A stretch of DNA of 64,000 bases, taken from the NCBI GenBank assembly GCA_965205865.1, contig CBDBHR010000024.1, forward strand, positions 1 through 64,000, given 5' to 3'. The position numbers and the translations under genes are program-made. Below, piece after piece: positions 61,128 through 64,000 of the stretch. How positions within the stretch are numbered: the first letter of the stretch is position 1; the number at the start of each line of letters is the position of its first letter. The notes beneath the pieces are model-generated. The model saw only the letters and a list, made by a program, of their open reading frames with translations, ran no database searches and was not told where the DNA came from. The DNA comes from a bacterium (GTDB taxonomy: Bacteria > SAR324 > NAC60-12).

Positions 61128-64000
61128 TCAATTGAGAAAACGGGTTTTCAAGATTTCTTCGAACTCTGAATTTTTCAGGCGCTCAAAGTCTGTTTCGGTC
61201 ACATAAAAATAATCGTTGACGTGTGCTCCGGTCGTAGTAATCAGGGTTTGTTGAATAGAAACACCAACTTGGTCAAAGGTCTCAGACAACTTATAAAAAA
61301 GAAGTGGCGCATCCTGAGTTGTGATTTTCACCACCCGGTAATCCCGATTTTGCCGGGTAAACGTACCCTGCTGTTGAACAACCTCATAGCCTTTGTTATC
61401 ACTTTCCATGAAATCCAAACGCAACTTTGACTGAAACGATATTGGGGTCAGGGGTTCATTGTGAAGATCCGGTAAAGTTCCCATGGTGATATTCTCTTCC
61501 AGGGTTTTGGCAAACACCATATCCTGGGTGATGCCGTTGGCTTCGAAGTAGTAACAATAGGCCACGCGTCCGTCTTCAAACAAGATCTTGTTCATTTTTG
61601 CCATACGAATATTGATATTTTGAATGCTCATCCCATAAGCGACACGATGGAGGATTTTAGGCTGATCATGGACAAAAATCAGGGTACCGATTACTTTACC
61701 ACGGGGAGTGACCACGGTGCTGAAGATGGAACGTTTTTCAAAATCGGCGAACTCCAGAAGTTTTTGTCGTAACCTATCGGGAGATTGACTCAACAAATAA
61801 CGATTGGGAAAGGTATTGAAGAACCAGTTGAGGGTGGGTTGAATATCCGCTGTCAGTTTGAGCAACGTGTCCCTGCTAACATATTGGTTGATACTTTGAG
61901 TCAATTTTTCCGTATACTGTTCGACGCCTTCCCCGTCCAGACTTCCCATCTTTAAATACCTCCAATAATTCTCCAAATCTCCTTTCACAGTCCGCAATCG
62001 TTCGTACTCTCTGGAGTTACTGGAAGATAGCGGTTCCCACAGGGTTTTGGCCAGACCTTCATTGAGGCTTCGATGAATCAACAGGTTGATTCGGGTCGAG
62101 GATTCCAGGGATTGTTTTTGATTGTCCAAATAAATATTGATCAATTCAATAGGATTTTTCATGTCCGTGGACATGCGGATTTCGATATAGGCATGGTAAG
62201 CTTCGTCAAAAAAAGTGCGCAGGTTTTTTGTATCATTAGCAGTGGTTTCACTAACGGCGCTGTAATCGGATATGTTGATGAGAAAGAGGAGGATCATGCG
62301 GATCAAGTCACGGTCCGCAATTTCAAATGAGCGTTGAAGGGCTTGATCGAAATAGGTGGAAGTCTTGCTCAATTCGCCAAAAGTCATGTGATGAAAAATC
62401 AAAAGACTGACAAGGTTGAACAACTCTTCGTCTTCATAGCCAAGACGCTCCAGGGCCTGCACGGCAATACTGGTGCCGGAATTCTGGTGTTTGGTTCTGG
62501 GATCGATTTTTCCAATATCGTGAAACAATACGCCCCACTTGAGGGCAAGCAGATGTTCGGGTCGGAGGAAATGATACAATTCCGTGTAGTTTTTCTTCAG
62601 ATACTCGAGCTCTTTGTGCGAGTTTTCCAATGCCCGCAGGGTATGGTCGCAGACAGTGTATTGATGATAACTCAGGTTGCGTAACAAAAAACGTATTTGA
62701 TTGCATTCCGGAATAAAACGTCCAATGAGAGTGTCGGTATCCCTGCTCGTGCTGGAAGGATCATCAATTTCGAACATCGTGCGTAAAGCTTGAGCGGCAT
62801 GCGGAGAGAGCATGATTTCAGAAAAGCGATTCCGTACTTCAGAACGATTGGCCTCAATGACTTCCGGCGTAATCGTGTGTACGACATTGGCCATCTCATC
62901 TTTGAGTTCGCTGGAAAGGGAGTAACCCGAGTTGCCGATATAGATAAAAAGATCCAACAGCATGGCCGGGTTATTGAAAATGAGGGAAAGCGGGATTTGA
63001 GGAAGCCCCTCGATCGCACGGATTTCAATTATTCGCTGTTTCCTCAAATTGATGGTGGCTTGAAAATTGGAAAAAGTGCGGACGATAGTGCGGTCCAGCA
63101 AACGATTGAGGATTAACTCAGACAATTCCTGTACATTAAACACGATGCGCAGGCGGAAACGGTCGAATTCATCAAAATTCTTAAAACGATTTTTCTTGAG
63201 CAAATACAGTTTTTCCAGATTGTCGGAAATAACGTTGCTCTGCCAATCCTCCAGCTTAATCCCTGCACTCTTAGCTTCCTCATCGTAATAAAATTCCTTG
63301 CTTGCTCCAACAAAATTACGCAAATCATACAACAACTCCAAAGCCTGGGACAATTCCAGCGTCTGCCGTGGGGAAAGGATACGTTTTTCAATGAGGAGGG
63401 CCAGCAATTCAGCAGTCTGGCTCGGAAAGACAGCTAAAGTGGCCGCAGCGATCCACAATGGTACTTGCAGAGTTCGCAACCCTCCAAACTCTTCCTTGAG
63501 GTCCATTTTATTCAATTCAGGCCGTCTGGCGGATTGGTAAGTATGAAGCTTGCTGAGAACGTAGGACTCATAAGGCAAGATTTCAAAAAAACACTGTTTC
63601 AGGCGTACCATCAACCCGTCACTACCCAACAGTTTCCGGCTTTCCAAGATGGAAGGAATCGTGTGGAGCATTTCTGCTTGGGTAAAGCGTGACAGGTCTT
63701 CATCGATTTCAAAATACTGGTGGGCTGTTTCAATTCCAGTCTGATTGAGTAGATGTTCGAGGCGGATGATGAACTGCTTGAGTAATTCAAATTCTCCTGC
63801 ATTGAGCCGTTGCGGGTTCAAACAGTATCCGATGTCACGGTCCGATGAAAAACTGAGTTCTCCCCGGCCATACCCTCCCCGGGCAAAAATAACCGTGCAT
63901 TCCAGAATGTGTCGCGGGTCCAGCCGCCAATCCTGAAGAAGGGTCAGCTGTTCTTGCAGTTGGGCGATTCTTTGACGATAATTTTCGATCTCTCTCTCCA
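61128..64000 (-). CDS. glnD: GlnD-like PII uridylyltransferase/uridylyl-removing enzyme (5' end outside the window)
   Basis: ARGGYGRGELSFSSDRD nucleotidyltransferase motif upstream of the listed ORF start; DLKEEFGGLR, YHQYTV.DH and FHDIGK (HD) motifs; C-terminal ACT-like D.FYV. Confidence 0.75.
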   Translation of the reverse strand, partial: EREIENYRQRIAQLQEQLTLLQDWRLDPRHILECTVIFARGGYGRGELSFSSDRDIGYCLNPQRLNAGEFELLKQFIIRLEHLLNQTGIETAHQYFEIDEDLSRFTQAEMLHTIPSILESRKLLGSDGLMVRLKQCFFEILPYESYVLSKLHTYQSARRPELNKMDLKEEFGGLRTLQVPLWIAAATLAVFPSQTAELLALLIEKRILSPRQTLELSQALELLYDLRNFVGASKEFYYDEEAKSAGIKLEDWQSNVISDNLEKLYLLKKNRFKNFDEFDRFRLRIVFNVQELSELILNRLLDRTIVRTFSNFQATINLRKQRIIEIRAIEGLPQIPLSLIFNNPAMLLDLFIYIGNSGYSLSSELKDEMANVVHTITPEVIEANRSEVRNRFSEIMLSPHAAQALRTMFEIDDPSSTSRDTDTLIGRFIPECNQIRFLLRNLSYHQYTVCDHTLRALENSHKELEYLKKNYTELYHFLRPEHLLALKWGVLFHDIGKIDPRTKHQNSGTSIAVQALERLGYEDEELFNLVSLLIFHHMTFGELSKTSTYFDQALQRSFEIADRDLIRMILLFLINISDYSAVSETTANDTKNLRTFFDEAYHAYIEIRMSTDMKNPIELINIYLDNQKQSLESSTRINLLIHRSLNEGLAKTLWEPLSSSNSREYERLRTVKGDLENYWRYLKMGSLDGEGVEQYTEKLTQSINQYVSRDTLLKLTADIQPTLNWFFNTFPNRYLLSQSPDRLRQKLLEFADFEKRSIFSTVVTPRGKVIGTLIFVHDQPKILHRVAYGMSIQNINIRMAKMNKILFEDGRVAYCYYFEANGITQDMVFAKTLEENITMGTLPDLHNEPLTPISFQSKLRLDFMESDNKGYEVVQQQGTFTRQNRDYRVVKITTQDAPLLFYKLSETFDQVGVSIQQTLITTTGAHVNDYFYVTETDFERLKNSEFEEILKTRFLN

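Overview
A bacterial chromosomal window. A housekeeping backbone (IHF/HU, hisD, prmC, argS, mreB, infA, folP, tRNA-Glu, tRNA-Ala, rplU-rpmA-trpS-purB, trmB, polA, a glnD-like gene) alternates with IS-riddled accessory islands at about 1-9.5 kb and 30.3-54.4 kb. The islands hold four paralogous, GC-rich peptide/nickel (family 5) ABC substrate-binding protein (SBP) genes plus permeases, with no ATPase. Three of these SBP genes sit behind the same non-coding module: sigma70 promoter, variable-number heptamer array, then a structured leader with a terminator-like hairpin. The islands also contain integron cassette remnants without an integrase: two complete attC sites and one half site. One attC is interrupted by a 699-nt ORF-less group IIC-attC intron. 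Other mobile DNA includes three IS630 copies, IS1380, IS5, IS4 and ISNCY elements, several MITE families carrying REP-like hairpins, and a palindrome-flanked GIY-YIG pseudogene. A UGSC-family selenoprotein (in-frame TGA plus SECIS-like hairpin) is split in two by the ORF track. Several frameshifts at homopolymers or microsatellites may be sequencing errors. Family names come from recognising motifs by eye; no database searches were run.
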